The translations under genes and the position numbers were made by a program. DNA of 64,000 nucleotides from an uncultured delta proteobacterium. GTDB taxonomy: Bacteria; Desulfobacterota; Desulfobaccia; Desulfobaccales; 0-14-0-80-60-11. The notes beneath the pieces were generated by a model. The model did no database searches and was not told the origin of the DNA. It saw only the letters and a list, made by a program, of their open reading frames with translations. The stretch lies in NCBI GenBank assembly GCA_963812015.1, contig CAWETI010000003.1:2130328-2194327 (forward strand), written 5' to 3'. Shown here piece by piece: positions 48,669 to 59,564 of the stretch; the first letter of the stretch is position 1; every line of letters starts with the position of its first letter.

Positions 48669-50228
48669 TTACAGTTCTTCGGGTTTGGGGCCTTTTTTGG
48701 CCGGCCCCCCCTCCTTGAGGAAGTTGAGGCGGTTGAGGCCGTTAATGAAGGCTCGGGCGCTGGCGGTAACCACGTCCGGGTCCACCCCCTGGCCGGTGAC
48801 CACGTGGCCGGCCTCCTCCAGGCGCACCGACACCTCGCCCTGGGCATCGGTGCCGCCGGTGATGGAACTCACCGCGAACTTCAGGAGCGTACACTTGGAT
48901 CCGGCCAGGTGGGTGATGGCCTTGTAGGTGGCGTCGATGGGGCCGTCCCCGAACACCGAGTAGGGACCGACCAGTTGGCCGCCGATCTCCATCTTGACGT
49001 TGGCCGAGGGTCTGGCCATGGTCCCGGTGACCACCACCAGTTCCACCAGGCGGAAGTGCTCGGGCACCGACTTGTAGATGACTTCGGTCTCCACCAGGCT
49101 GACCAGGTCCTCGTCGAACACGGTCTTTTTCCGGTCCGCCAGGCTCTTGAAGCGGGTAAAAACCCGGTTCAGTTCCTCGTCGTTCAGGTAAAAGCCCATT
49201 TCCCTAAGCTTGTTCTTGAAGGCGTGGCGGCCCGAGAGCTTCCCCAGGGGCAGCGTGCTCTTTTTGATGCCCACGGTGCTGGGGGTCATGATTTCAAAGG
49301 TGCTGGCATCCTTGAGCACCCCGTCCTGGTGGATGCCGGACTCATGGGCAAAGGCGTTGGCCCCCACGATGGCCTTGTTGGGCTGCACCGGCACCCCCGA
49401 CAGCTTGCTGGTCAGGCGGCTGGTGGGATAGATGTACTGGGTGACGATATCCGTGTAATAGTTCAGCAGATCCCGCCGGGTGGACAGGGCCATGACCACT
49501 TCCTCCAGGGAGGCGTTGCCCGCCCGTTCCCCCAGACCGTTGATGGTCACTTCCACCTGGCGCACCCCGTTCGAGATTGCGGCCAGGGTGTTGGCCACGG
49601 CCAGCCCCAGGTCGTTGTGACAGTGCACCGAGAGGATGGCCTTATGGATATTGGGGATATGCTCCACCAGGTACTTGATCTTGGCGCCGAATTCCTCGGG
49701 GATGGCGTAGCCCACCGTATCCGGAAAATTGAGGGTGGTGGCCCCCGCCTCGATGACCGCGGTAAAGATCTGGACCACGTAATCCAGGTCGCTCCGGGAG
49801 GCGTCCATGGCCGAAAACTCCACGTTGGGGGTGTAGCGGCAGGAGTGCTTCACCGCAGCCACCGCCATCTCCAGCACCTCTTCCCGGGACTTCCGCATCT
49901 GGTGCTTCAGGTGGATGTCGGAGGTGGAGATGAAGGTGTGGATCCGGGGATTGGTGGCCTCCTTGATGGCCTCCCAGCAGGCGTCGATGTCCGCCGGAAA
50001 AGCCCGGGCCAGACCGGCGATCTGGGGGCCCCGGATTTCCCGGGCCACCGCCCGCACCGCCTCGAAATCCCCCTTGGACGAAAAGGGGAAGCCGGCCTCG
50101 ATGACATCCACGTTCAGGAGCTCCAGGTGCCGGGCGATCTGCAGTTTTTCGTCCACGTTGAGATTGGCGCCCGGGGTCTGTTCCCCGTCCCTCAGGGTCG
50201 TATCGAAGATAAAGATTTTGTGTGCCAT
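48669..50228 (-). CDS. leuA: 2-isopropylmalate synthase
   Basis: [33 protein letters not shown]; regulatory domain present. Confidence 0.96.
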   Translation of the reverse strand: MAHKIFIFDTTLRDGEQTPGANLNVDEKLQIARHLELLNVDVIEAGFPFSSKGDFEAVRAVAREIRGPQIAGLARAFPADIDACWEAIKEATNPRIHTFISTSDIHLKHQMRKSREEVLEMAVAAVKHSCRYTPNVEFSAMDASRSDLDYVVQIFTAVIEAGATTLNFPDTVGYAIPEEFGAKIKYLVEHIPNIHKAILSVHCHNDLGLAVANTLAAISNGVRQVEVTINGLGERAGNASLEEVVMALSTRRDLLNYYTDIVTQYIYPTSRLTSKLSGVPVQPNKAIVGANAFAHESGIHQDGVLKDASTFEIMTPSTVGIKKSTLPLGKLSGRHAFKNKLREMGFYLNDEELNRVFTRFKSLADRKKTVFDEDLVSLVETEVIYKSVPEHFRLVELVVVTGTMARPSANVKMEIGGQLVGPYSVFGDGPIDATYKAITHLAGSKCTLLKFAVSSITGGTDAQGEVSVRLEEAGHVVTGQGVDPDVVTASARAFINGLNRLNFLKEGGPAKKGPKPEEL

Positions 50229-50289
50229 GATGAAAACCTTTTTATTTCTTGCGGGAGCGGTGCGCTTACCGCCCCTGCGGTTAGGCAAT

Positions 50290-51414
50290 TTATTCTGGGA
50301 TTTTCTTAATAACTTGGCGGCGCCCCACCAGCCCGCTCTGGATGAGCCGGCTCAAGTAGTGGGCCGCTATTTCATGAGCCGCGGCGGTCCAATGACCTTC
50401 TTGGTAATATAGGCGATCGATAGGTTGGCCCGAGTGGGCCAACAAGGGGGTCAAGGACCACAGCATCAGGCCGTTATCCGCGGCGATACGCTGGATCGCC
50501 CGCTCATCCCCAGAGATGGTGCGGTTCTGGCGATATTCGAGCACTTCCTGGGAGATGGGGAAATAACATATCATCAGCGCACCGCCGGCATCCTTCACTG
50601 CGGCGTTCAATTGCCCTATATATGTCCGGGTTAATTCCTTATCGATTGCGGTGCCATAGCCGCTGGCACCCCGGGTATATGATACCACCAAGCCGCGGGT
50701 GGCATCCGGGTTAGTCTTACGGGCCCGGTTAATCAGCGCCTTAATTCCCGCCTGCTTGACCAGGTTGGCCGCCTGAGACCAGGAAAGCAGCCAGTTGTAA
50801 GCGGGTAGATGGTCAAGCATGGTTTTGATGGCGCCCCGGTTGCGCTCCAGGGGTTTAACCTGGAGTTCCCCCCTACTGCCGATATTATAATACTCACCCC
50901 GGGCGTTGTCCTCAAAATCGTTGCCCAAAAAGCCTAGGACGGTGAGGTCGGGATGAAATTTACGCCCCACCGTTTGGAAACACTTCAACTCATAATCGGT
51001 GCCCTTGCCGGGACAGCCAGAGTTCATCACTTCCACGGACAACTGGTCCCCACGTAACTCTTTCTCCACCCGGGCGGCAAAGGTCTGGTCATCATTGACG
51101 CCGATCCCATAGGTAAAAGAATCCCCCAGCACGAGTACCCGGTAATCGGTCTGTTTGGCCTCCCGGTATTCCCGGCGGCCGCGCCACCCCAGAGAATTAT
51201 TACTATACGTATAGGTAAAGACCCCGGCTAAATTTCTCTTCCCCTGTTGGCCGGGCACGGGAATCTCTCCTAATTCCCGGTCGAAGGCGAACCGCACCGG
51301 CCCCACTTCCTGGGGACTGATGAGTCTCACGGCTCCTTCAGCGATGGCCAGGGCCACCACCAAACCGCAGAGCACGCCGATAATTCTAAAAAGGAGAGAC
51401 CTCACTGCTGCCAT
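50290..51414 (-). CDS. SGNH/GDSL hydrolase-family membrane-anchored protein
   Basis: N-terminal TM, LGDSFTYG, NSGCPG, GND, EGHWT. Confidence 0.85.
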   Translation of the reverse strand: MAAVRSLLFRIIGVLCGLVVALAIAEGAVRLISPQEVGPVRFAFDRELGEIPVPGQQGKRNLAGVFTYTYSNNSLGWRGRREYREAKQTDYRVLVLGDSFTYGIGVNDDQTFAARVEKELRGDQLSVEVMNSGCPGKGTDYELKCFQTVGRKFHPDLTVLGFLGNDFEDNARGEYYNIGSRGELQVKPLERNRGAIKTMLDHLPAYNWLLSWSQAANLVKQAGIKALINRARKTNPDATRGLVVSYTRGASGYGTAIDKELTRTYIGQLNAAVKDAGGALMICYFPISQEVLEYRQNRTISGDERAIQRIAADNGLMLWSLTPLLAHSGQPIDRLYYQEGHWTAAAHEIAAHYLSRLIQSGLVGRRQVIKKIPE

Positions 51415-51612
51415 ACCATCTCGTGCCAATGAACGCTCAATAAAATTTTGCAGGGGAGACCGGTGTGTCCCCCTGGGGACGCCCACTTGGTGCGCCCCTG
51501 CCTGGGTAAATGCCCCTCGGCATGAGCGGGGCCTGGAGGCCATGCCCCGGTATACAGCGAATCATCCCTATGAGGAAAACAGCGCTGGGAAATGATCTGG
51601 AGGTACGGTCAA

Positions 51613-52449
51613 TCAGGCCTGCTTCCTGGCCTCTTCCCCCTGACCCAGGTCCAATCCCTGAGAGTTGACAAGCTTCGAGGTCGGGGTCTCGCTCTCGTCC
51701 TTATCCGACAACGCGGATCGGCGATAATACATAATGGTGCTGATGGGCCCCGAGGCCACATAAGCCGCCAGGAGCATAAACCCCATGATATTGGGCGCGG
51801 TGGCCACCACCACAAAGACCAGCACCACGGCCACCAGGCTATGGAAGGGATGCCGCTGGAAGAGGTCCATCTTTTTGAAACTCACATACTTGATATTGCT
51901 CACCATGAGAAACGACAGCAGGTAAATCATCGCCAGGATGAACACATGGCGCTCCGGGGCCCACTCCCCGATCTCGTAATAGAAGATGATGGCCGTGGCG
52001 ATCATGGTGGCCGCCGCCGGAATGGGCAGGCCGTTGAAATAGCGGGGGTCGGAAGCACCCTGCTGGACGTTGAACCGGGCCAGTCGCAGCGCCCCGCAAA
52101 CCACAAAGAGGAAGGCCGCCACCCAGCCGAATTGATGGTAGGGCTGTAGGGCCCAGAGGTAGACCAGAATTCCCGGCGCCACGCCGAAGGCCACCAGATC
52201 CGCCAGAGAATCGTATTGCACCCCGAAATCGGAGGTGCTCTTGGTCATCCGGGCGACGCGGCCGTCCAAGCCGTCCAGGACCAGGGAAACCAGGATGGCG
52301 ATGGCCGCGGCATGAAACCGGCCGTCCATGGCGGCCACAATGGCATAGAACCCGGCGAACAGGCTCCCGGTGGTGATCAGGTTGGGAAGCAGGTAAACGC
52401 CCCGAAAGCGGCGCTTGTCCCTTTTCTTACGTCTTCTGCGGAAGGCCAT
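51613..52449 (-). CDS. pssA: CDP-diacylglycerol--serine O-phosphatidyltransferase
   Basis: LPNLIT, DGLDGRVAR..G..DSLAD, RLARFN. Confidence 0.95.
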   Translation of the reverse strand: MAFRRRRKKRDKRRFRGVYLLPNLITTGSLFAGFYAIVAAMDGRFHAAAIAILVSLVLDGLDGRVARMTKSTSDFGVQYDSLADLVAFGVAPGILVYLWALQPYHQFGWVAAFLFVVCGALRLARFNVQQGASDPRYFNGLPIPAAATMIATAIIFYYEIGEWAPERHVFILAMIYLLSFLMVSNIKYVSFKKMDLFQRHPFHSLVAVVLVFVVVATAPNIMGFMLLAAYVASGPISTIMYYRRSALSDKDESETPTSKLVNSQGLDLGQGEEARKQA

Positions 52450-52555
52450 GGCTGTTACTCCCGAGAAATTGCCCGGTACAAACCCATATACACCGTTGAT
52501 CTGTCCGGTTTACTCAATAATTATCCAGAGGGTGGAGCTATTCCGAGCCCGCCTT

Positions 52556-53224
52556 TTAGGCGGCGTCAGACCACCACCTGGCCACCATACTACTACCAGC
52601 CTTAACCCGGTCACCAACCTTAACCAAAATCTCAGCCTCGGACGGCAGGTAGAGGTCAACCCGTGAGCCGAAACAAATCATCCCCACACGCTCCCCCCGG
52701 GCCAGTTGCTGTCCGGGTTTGACAAACGGGATGATCCGCCGGGCCAGGAGTCCGGCGATCTGGACCACCAGGATGCGCCGCCCCCCATCGCTCTCCAGCA
52801 CCAGGGCCTGCTGTTCGTTGCGGCTGGCCGCGTCCTGGCGAGACGCCGCTTTGTACTCTCCCGCCCGGTGGCGCATCGACGTGACCACGCCCGCCACCGG
52901 CGACCGGTTGACGTGCACGTCAAAGACGTTCATGAAGATGGCCACCCGCCGGGCCGGCCCCCGGAGGAACTCCGGCTCCTGCACTTCGTCCACCTGGACC
53001 ACCAGGCCGTCCGCCGGGGAGATGATTGCCCCCGGCTCCCCGGGTATATCCCGCTCCGGGTCCCGGAAAAAATACGCGAAAAAACCGGCGCTCAACAACC
53101 CCAGGACGGTAATCCAGGGCCAGCCCCCCATCAACCCCAGGAGGGTCAGCACCACCCCGGCCAGGATTAAGGGATACCCCTGAGCCGCGATGCATCCCCG
53201 ACCTTTGGGCGAAGACGAAGGCAT
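52556..53224 (-). CDS. psd: Phosphatidylserine decarboxylase (short type)
   Basis: FFRDPER, SPADG, DVHVNRSP, FGSRVD cleavage motif. Confidence 0.95.
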   Translation of the reverse strand: MPSSSPKGRGCIAAQGYPLILAGVVLTLLGLMGGWPWITVLGLLSAGFFAYFFRDPERDIPGEPGAIISPADGLVVQVDEVQEPEFLRGPARRVAIFMNVFDVHVNRSPVAGVVTSMRHRAGEYKAASRQDAASRNEQQALVLESDGGRRILVVQIAGLLARRIIPFVKPGQQLARGERVGMICFGSRVDLYLPSEAEILVKVGDRVKAGSSMVARWWSDAA

Positions 53225-53265
53225 AGTTAACAGCCGTCCGCCTGAAAGGGAAAAAGATTTGGGGG

Positions 53266-53456
53266 GAAAAGGCGAAAAGGCGAAAAGGCGAAAAGGTTAA
53301 TACCAACAGGCCCTTTCATGCTTTTGCCCGTTTTCGACATATCCCCTTGTATCCTTTTAGCGCCTATAATCCTGGGGAAAAAGGCGAAAAAACCGAAATC
53401 ATGCAGAAACACAGCCTCTCTCCCTTTTCGCCTTTTCCCCTTTTTCCCTTTTCGCC
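53266..53456. repeat. Inverted blocks of GAAAAGGC 8-mer tandem repeats
   Basis: (GAAAAGGC)3GAAAAGG at 53266-53296; CCCTTTTCGCCTTTTCCCCTTTTTCCCTTTTCGCC at about 53422-53456; inner partial copies. Confidence 0.8.
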
Positions 53457-53463
53457 CAGATTT

Positions 53464-54453
53464 TTATTTTTTTAGCCACCCCATCATGGACCGGAGCTTT
53501 TTGCCCACCTCTTCGATGGGGTGCTCCGCTTCCTGGCGCCTCAGGGCGTTGAAAACCGGCCGCCGGGCCTGGTTTTCCAGGATCCACTCCTTGGCGAACT
53601 CGCCGGTCTGCACCTCGTAGAGGATCTGGCGCATCTCTTCCCGGGTCTCCTCGGTGATGATGCGCGGCCCCCGGGTGTAGTCGCCGTATTCCGCGGTATC
53701 GGACACGGAATAGCGCATGTATTCCAGGCCGCCCTGATAGAACAGGTCCACGATGAGCTTCAGTTCATGGAAGCATTCGAAGTAAGCGATCTCCGGGGCG
53801 TAGCCCGCTTCCACCAAGGTGTCGAAGCCGGCCTTGACCAGTTCGGAGACGCCGCCACAGAGCACGGCCTGCTCCCCAAAAAGGTCGGTCTCGGTCTCCT
53901 CCATAAAGGAGGTTTCGAGCACCCCGGCCCGGGTAGCCCCGATGCCCTTGGCATAGGCCAGAGCCGTGGCCAGAGCCTTACCCGAGGCGTTCTGCTCCAC
54001 CGCCACCAGGCAGGGAACCCCGGCGCCTTTCTCGTATTCGCTCCTCACCAGGTGCCCGGGGCCCTTGGGGGCCACCATGATCACGTCCACCTTGGGGTCC
54101 GGCACAATCTGGCCGTAATGAATATTGAAGCCGTGGGAAAAGAGCAGGGTCTTGCCCGGGCCCATGTGGGGCTTCAGGTCGTTCTCGTACAGCGTGGCCT
54201 GAACGTGGTCCTGGGTCAGGATCTGGACCACCTGGGCCTGGGCCGCCGCGTCCCCGGCGCTCACCGGCTTGAAGCCGAATTTTTCGGCCAGCTCAAAGTT
54301 AGCAGTTCCGGACATTTCCGAAACCACCACGTCCACGCCGCTGTCCCTCAGATTGAGGGCCTGGGCGTGGCCCTGGGAACCGAAGCCGATAATGGCCACC
54401 TTTTTTCCCTTGAGGACGCCCAAATCCGCATCCGCATCGTAGTACATTTTCAT
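53464..54453 (-). CDS. ilvC: Ketol-acid reductoisomerase
   Basis: [40 protein letters not shown]. Confidence 0.97.
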   Translation of the reverse strand: MKMYYDADADLGVLKGKKVAIIGFGSQGHAQALNLRDSGVDVVVSEMSGTANFELAEKFGFKPVSAGDAAAQAQVVQILTQDHVQATLYENDLKPHMGPGKTLLFSHGFNIHYGQIVPDPKVDVIMVAPKGPGHLVRSEYEKGAGVPCLVAVEQNASGKALATALAYAKGIGATRAGVLETSFMEETETDLFGEQAVLCGGVSELVKAGFDTLVEAGYAPEIAYFECFHELKLIVDLFYQGGLEYMRYSVSDTAEYGDYTRGPRIITEETREEMRQILYEVQTGEFAKEWILENQARRPVFNALRRQEAEHPIEEVGKKLRSMMGWLKK

Positions 54454-54494
54454 GAGTAATTTATCCTTTCTTTATTGCAGGCAATCAGTAGCCT

Positions 54495-54562
54495 GTAGGG
54501 CGGGCCCTACCCGCCGGAATCCTTGTAAAAACCCAAAAGCATGGGGCGCGATGCGCACCCTA
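54495..54562. repeat. Pair of GTAG-type REP-like palindromes between ilvN and ilvC
   Basis: GTAGGGCGGGCCCTACCCGCC and GGGGCGCGATGCGCACCCTA, inverted relative to each other. Confidence 0.65.
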
Positions 54563-54591
54563 AATCTTCAAAAAATAACGGCTGCAAGCTG

Positions 54592-55095
54592 TCAGCTATC
54601 CTTCTTGCTCCGCTGGATGGCCAGGGTGCCGGTGCGCACAATCTCCTGGATACCGTGGTTCTTCAGCAGGTCCAGCACCGCCTTGGTTTTTTCGTGGTTG
54701 CCGGTGATCTCCAGGGTATAGGTGGTGGCGCTGACGTCTACCACCCGGCAGCGAAAAATGTCGGCAATGCGCAGGACCTCGGCCCGGGACTTGTCCTCGG
54801 CCTTGACCCTTACTAAGACCATATCGCGTTCCACGTGGGGCACTTCGCTCAGGTCCACCACCGTGATGACGTTGATGAGCTTGTGGAGTTGCTTGATGAT
54901 CTGTTCGGTGATCTGCTCATCCCCGGTGGACACGATGGTGATCCGGGAAACCCCCGGGTCCATGGTCTCGGCCACGCACAGGCTCTCGATATTAAAGCCC
55001 CGGCCGCTGAACAGGCCGGTCACCCGGGAGAGCACCCCCGGAGTATTATCCACCCACACTGATATGGTATGTCGAGGCTCGGTCTTCGGCTCCAT
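54592..55095 (-). CDS. ilvN: Acetolactate synthase small subunit
   Basis: HTISVWVDNTPGVLSRVTGLFSGRGFNIESL, EQIIKQLHKL. Confidence 0.95.
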   Translation of the reverse strand: MEPKTEPRHTISVWVDNTPGVLSRVTGLFSGRGFNIESLCVAETMDPGVSRITIVSTGDEQITEQIIKQLHKLINVITVVDLSEVPHVERDMVLVRVKAEDKSRAEVLRIADIFRCRVVDVSATTYTLEITGNHEKTKAVLDLLKNHGIQEIVRTGTLAIQRSKKDS

Positions 55096-55103
55096 CTTCC
55101 CTC

Positions 55104-56792
55104 CTAAGCCAGTAACATTTCGTGCATGGCCTTGCCTGCGGGCACCATGGGCATGACGCACTCTTCCGGTTCAACTTTGAAGTCCATGATCACCGGGCGG
55201 GAGGTGTTGAGGGCCTCTCTGATCACCGGCTCAACTTCCTCGGGTTTGGTGGCCCGGAGCCCCACCGCACCATAGGCTTCGGCCAGCTTGACAAAATCGG
55301 GAGCCACCATTTGCGTGGCGCTGTAACGCCGTTCATAAAAGAGCTGCTGCCATTGGCGCACCATGCCCAGGTAGGAATTGTTCAGGATGGCGATCTTCAC
55401 CGGCAATTTATTCTCCACCACCGTGATCAGCTCCTGAATATTCATCTGGATGCTGCCGTCCCCGGCGATATCGATGACGCAGGCATCGGGTTTGGCCAAC
55501 TGGACCCCCATGGCCGCGGGGAAGCCATAGCCCATGACTCCCAGCCCCCCGGAGGTCATCAGGCGCCGGGGGTGCTTGAACTTGTAGAACTGGGCCGCCC
55601 ACATCTGGTTCTGCCCCACCTCGGTGGTGATGTAAGCCTCCCCCTGCGTGAGCTCATAGAGTTTCTCGACGACAAATTGGGGCTTAATAACCTTGTCATC
55701 CCAGACGTAGGTCAGGGGATGGGTCGTGGCCCATTCGTTGACGGTTTCCAGCCAGGGCCGGCGCTCCTCCGCCCAATTCCGGGCGGGCTTATCCTCCAAC
55801 AGCTCGTTGAGCTGCCGCAGTGTGTCCAGGCAATCGCCCACGATGGGGATATCCACCTGCACGTTTTTGCTGATGGAGCTGGGGTCGATGTCGATATGCA
55901 CGATCTTGGCGTGGGGTGCGAACTCCGACAGCTTGCCGGTCACCCGGTCGTCGAACCGGGCCCCCACCGCGATCAAGACATCGGCCTGGGACACCGCCAT
56001 GTTGGCGCAGTACGTTCCATGCATACCCAGCATCCCCATCCACAGGGGATGGTCGCCGGGAAAGCCCCCTAACCCCATGAGGGTGCTGGTCACGGGGATC
56101 TGCAGGGCCGTGGCGAACTTGTAGAGCTCCTCCGAGCTGTCCGACAGCACGATGCCGCCCCCGGTATAGAGCACCGGCTTGTGGGCGTGCAGGATCATAT
56201 CCAGGGCTCGGGCCACCTGCCGGGGGTTGGCATGGTACGTGGGGTTGTAGCTCTTGATCTTGACGGTCTCGGGAAAATTGGGCACCGTGCTGGCCTGGCT
56301 CACATCCTTGGGCAGGTCCACCAGCACCGGACCCGGCCGCCCGGACCGGGCGATATAAAAGGCCTCGTGAATCGTCTGGGCCAGATCCTTGACGTCCTTG
56401 ACCAGGTAATTGTGCTTGGTGCAGGGCCGGGTGATGCCGACGATATCCACTTCCTGAAAGGCGTCGTTCCCGATCAGGGCGGTGGGCACCTGCCCGGTTA
56501 ACACCACGATGGGAATGGAGTCCAGGTAGGCCGAGGCGATGCCCGTTACCGTGTTGGTGGCGCCGGGGCCCGAAGTGACCAGGGCCACTCCCACCTTGGA
56601 GGACGCCCGGGCATAGCCATCCGCCGCATGGACCGCCGCCTGTTCGTGACGGACCAGAATATGTCTGATATGGGGCCGGCGCATCAGTTCGTCGTAGATG
56701 TCGATGACCACCCCACCGGGGTAACCAAAGATATGCTCGACTCCCTCCCGCTCCAGGCATTTCATCAAAATTTGGGCGCCGGTCATTTTCAT
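55104..56792 (-). CDS. ilvB: Acetolactate synthase large subunit
   Basis: [24 protein letters not shown] ThDP motif. Confidence 0.97.
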   Translation of the reverse strand: MKMTGAQILMKCLEREGVEHIFGYPGGVVIDIYDELMRRPHIRHILVRHEQAAVHAADGYARASSKVGVALVTSGPGATNTVTGIASAYLDSIPIVVLTGQVPTALIGNDAFQEVDIVGITRPCTKHNYLVKDVKDLAQTIHEAFYIARSGRPGPVLVDLPKDVSQASTVPNFPETVKIKSYNPTYHANPRQVARALDMILHAHKPVLYTGGGIVLSDSSEELYKFATALQIPVTSTLMGLGGFPGDHPLWMGMLGMHGTYCANMAVSQADVLIAVGARFDDRVTGKLSEFAPHAKIVHIDIDPSSISKNVQVDIPIVGDCLDTLRQLNELLEDKPARNWAEERRPWLETVNEWATTHPLTYVWDDKVIKPQFVVEKLYELTQGEAYITTEVGQNQMWAAQFYKFKHPRRLMTSGGLGVMGYGFPAAMGVQLAKPDACVIDIAGDGSIQMNIQELITVVENKLPVKIAILNNSYLGMVRQWQQLFYERRYSATQMVAPDFVKLAEAYGAVGLRATKPEEVEPVIREALNTSRPVIMDFKVEPEECVMPMVPAGKAMHEMLLA

Positions 56793-57025
56793 TGCAGGTT
56801 TTCCTTCGGGCGATGCTGGGCCAGGATCAGTTCAATCCGGTCCCGACCGGCCAGCTTCAGTTTCTGCAACCGTTTCCGCTCGATGGTTTCGGCGGTGGTC
56901 AGATACGGCCGGCGGTTGAATTCCTCCAACTGCTTCTCATATTCCCGGTGTTTTTCAACATACTGCTTCAACTCCGGGTCCCGATCCATCAACTGTTCTA
57001 TGAGTTCCAGGTCCTGTTTCTCCAT
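56789..57025 (-). CDS. DUF465/YdcH-family coiled-coil protein
   Basis: [28 protein letters not shown]; position upstream of ilvB. Confidence 0.8.
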   Translation of the reverse strand: MEKQDLELIEQLMDRDPELKQYVEKHREYEKQLEEFNRRPYLTTAETIERKRLQKLKLAGRDRIELILAQHRPKENLQ

Positions 57026-57063
57026 GTTGTGCCCCTGGCCATACAAGGATTGTGAAATACTAG

Positions 57064-57092
57064 ATATTAAAATAGTGTTAGGTATTTGTCAA
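57064..57092 (-). promoter_or_regulatory. Sigma70-like promoter of the DUF465-ilv operon
   Basis: Minus strand TTGACA-17 nt-TAATAT. Confidence 0.65.
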
Positions 57093-57259
57093 TCATTGGA
57101 AAAATAAGACCTTAGGCTAAAATACATGATATTTTTGCCCTTGTTGATCAGGTCTCCCTCGGCAAAAATCCACCTCGCATCAGCCGCCGTACCCAGGCAC
57201 GCGAGGGCAATTAACCCAAAACCGCACCTCCCCGGCCGGCCATCCCCGCCGCCACCAAC

Positions 57260-57288
57260 AAAAAAAGCAGGGCCGCAAGCGGCCCTGC
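57260..57288 (-). terminator. Intrinsic terminator
   Basis: Minus strand GCAGGGCCGC-TT-GCGGCCCTGC-TTTTTTT. Confidence 0.8.
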
Positions 57289-57317
57289 CTGGGAGTTTCG
57301 GTAGTGGGGGTTGCGGG

Positions 57318-57449
57318 TTATGGCCGCAACATCCTCCTTGGCCCCACCAGCCCCAAACCCAACAGGCCGGCCGCGACGCCTAACAATACGGTGCCGCCGG
57401 ATACTCGGATGCCGGAAAGGTAGGTTACGGGCTGGGCAGGATTTTTCAT
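57318..57449 (-). CDS. Candidate leaderless 43-aa single-TM peptide (not in ORF track)
   Basis: MKNPAQPVTYLSGIRVSGGTVLLGVAAGLLGLGLVGPRRMLRP; promoter directly upstream and terminator 30 nt downstream. Confidence 0.55.
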   Translation of the reverse strand: MKNPAQPVTYLSGIRVSGGTVLLGVAAGLLGLGLVGPRRMLRP

Positions 57450-57456
57450 GGGTATA

Positions 57457-57486
57457 ATTATATCTCACCTTGAAGGAAATTTGCAA
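57457..57486 (-). promoter_or_regulatory. Sigma70-like promoter of the small peptide gene
   Basis: Minus strand TTGCAA-18 nt-TATAAT, 7 nt before ATG. Confidence 0.6.
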
Positions 57487-57824
57487 GCTCTTTAGCGCCC
57501 GCCAGCGAAATTCTTCCGCACCGATTTCATGCCTGGATAAGCTGTGACCCAACCTTCGCTCCGCTCAGACAGGCAATTTATCTCCCCGGTGGGTTTTTCA
57601 TCAGCCGGCTATGAACTTAAAAGGGCCACGCTCTTCAGCATGGCCCTCTTTAACCCAACCCGGTGGGACTGCAACCCCCCACATCGTCCCCTTCCTTTCG
57701 CAGTGCTTAGGGGGGGCCGGCGGCAGATTTTCCGGTCCTCGGGCTTCAATCATATAATAATCATCGTTCACCTGATTGCAAGGGGGGGGTAGTTTTTTTC
57801 CTTGGCCGGCGTCCAGTCCTCCTC

Positions 57825-59564
57825 TCAGGCGGTATGGGGGGAGGAAGGCGGTCGGTGCTCGGGGGCGATCATGGGGAACGGCGTCCCCCGGTGCACTTCA
57901 CTCTCGATCCAGCCGTGCTCCTTTTTCATTTCCGCCAGGAGTTCTTCTCCCCGCACCAGCATCTGCCAGACCCGGCGCCGGAAAGAGCTGACCGGCGGGT
58001 CCGCTGTGCCTAGCAATTTCTTGAAGTACGGGTAGTGCAAGATCTGCTCGAAGAGATGACAGCTCTTGTGGAACAGGTCGGGATAGAAATACGGCAGCTG
58101 ATGCTGGTTTTCCTCCAGAAAGGCCAGGGCCAGGGCCAAGCGGTGGCTGGGGCCCAGACCCTTTTGGCGCTTCCCGGGCTGGGCCAGCTTTTCCAGGGGC
58201 TGGAGCCGCTGCACCTGGTTCAGGTAGGCCAGCCGCTGCACCACCTCCCGGTGCAACTCCCGGTGCTTGGCGAATACCTCCCGGTAATCCCTATTGGCGA
58301 GATAGCTGTTCAACAACTTCTTCGTGGCCTCGAAGGTCTCCTGGCCATAGGCCCCCAGCCGCCGCTGATTTTTGCTCAGCCAGGCTGACAGGAACTTGAG
58401 GCGCTCCTCGTGGGTCTTGGTGGAGGTGATCAGGTCGCTGCGCCGGTAGGTGATGGAACCGCTGTGCTCGCCCCGGACGATATCGGTAAGCTCCTTCAGC
58501 GTCCGTTTGGTATCCTTCAGAATATTGAGGCTCGGTTCCCGGCCGCCGTGTTCCGGGTGGATGATTTCCTGGCGCACGATGGACAGGGCCCGGTCTTCCA
58601 GGACATTGAAGCGGTTGTACTTGTGCTGCTGGTAGGTCACCTTCAGGATCACCACCCGCCGCCTCTGGTCCACGTAAAAGCCGCCGTCTTTCAGCTGGGG
58701 GTGCGCTTCCGCCAACCCCGGCGACAGCGAGATGAGGGCGACCTTTTCCACCAGAGGGTACCGTTTCTGCTCGAACCCGCAGAGGCTGGTGATGGTCCGG
58801 TCCGAGGCGCCCAGCACCTTGATGAGATACTGTTCCTTGAGGTGGCTCAGCCGCCGGGCGAACAGCGCCCCGGAGGTGCGGCGCTCCGAGGCGATGGGAA
58901 ACCCGTAGAGTTCCATAAGAAACTGGTAGACGAATTCCCGTTCCCGCTCATAGGAGGTGCTGTCCAGCTTCTTGAACTTGCCCAACCGCCGCCCCAGGCT
59001 CTTGAGTTCGGTGTCCAAATCCGACGGAAAGGAGCCATAGACTCCCAGGAGGCGGAAGTTCCCCGCTTCATCCCGGGCAATCACATGGGCCCGGTCCATA
59101 TGGAACAGAAATTCCACCAGTTCCGGGTAGTGTGTCAGGTCGGTAATATCCCGGCTGCCCAACTTCTGCCTGACCACCGGCCGGAGGTCCCGGTCCAGGT
59201 GGGGCAGGATTCTATCCAAATTTTCCCGGAGCACCCGCCGATTCCCTTCTTCCGGGGGATGGAGGATGTCGAACTGGAAGATTTCCTCCTGGTAGGACAG
59301 GGGACGGTTGAAGGCCACCATGCTGAAGCTGGGCAGATGTTTGTATTCCGCAAAATTTTTTTCAAAGGAGGGCAGCAGTTCCCGGGGTTCGATGAGGGGA
59401 TAGGAGGCGCTGTACGGGGCCAGCAACCCCCGGTGGATATGGGTGTATTCCAGAAAGTCCTTGAGCAGATAACGATCCCGGATAGCGGCCAAATCTCGCT
59501 CGTAAGCGGCCAGGGGGAGGCCGTCCAGCTCCACGTCGCTAAAAAATTTCCGGGTACGCGCCAT
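57825..59564 (-). CDS. Hypothetical protein, 579 aa
   Basis: Long ORF with host codon use; abuts the yjbQ-like stop; no motif recognised. Confidence 0.8.
   Translation of the reverse strand: MARTRKFFSDVELDGLPLAAYERDLAAIRDRYLLKDFLEYTHIHRGLLAPYSASYPLIEPRELLPSFEKNFAEYKHLPSFSMVAFNRPLSYQEEIFQFDILHPPEEGNRRVLRENLDRILPHLDRDLRPVVRQKLGSRDITDLTHYPELVEFLFHMDRAHVIARDEAGNFRLLGVYGSFPSDLDTELKSLGRRLGKFKKLDSTSYEREREFVYQFLMELYGFPIASERRTSGALFARRLSHLKEQYLIKVLGASDRTITSLCGFEQKRYPLVEKVALISLSPGLAEAHPQLKDGGFYVDQRRRVVILKVTYQQHKYNRFNVLEDRALSIVRQEIIHPEHGGREPSLNILKDTKRTLKELTDIVRGEHSGSITYRRSDLITSTKTHEERLKFLSAWLSKNQRRLGAYGQETFEATKKLLNSYLANRDYREVFAKHRELHREVVQRLAYLNQVQRLQPLEKLAQPGKRQKGLGPSHRLALALAFLEENQHQLPYFYPDLFHKSCHLFEQILHYPYFKKLLGTADPPVSSFRRRVWQMLVRGEELLAEMKKEHGWIESEVHRGTPFPMIAPEHRPPSSPHTA

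Noticed and set aside
57211..57552. 113-aa ORF from the track
   Set aside because: It runs through a promoter and a terminator; the 43-aa ORF in another frame fits those signals better
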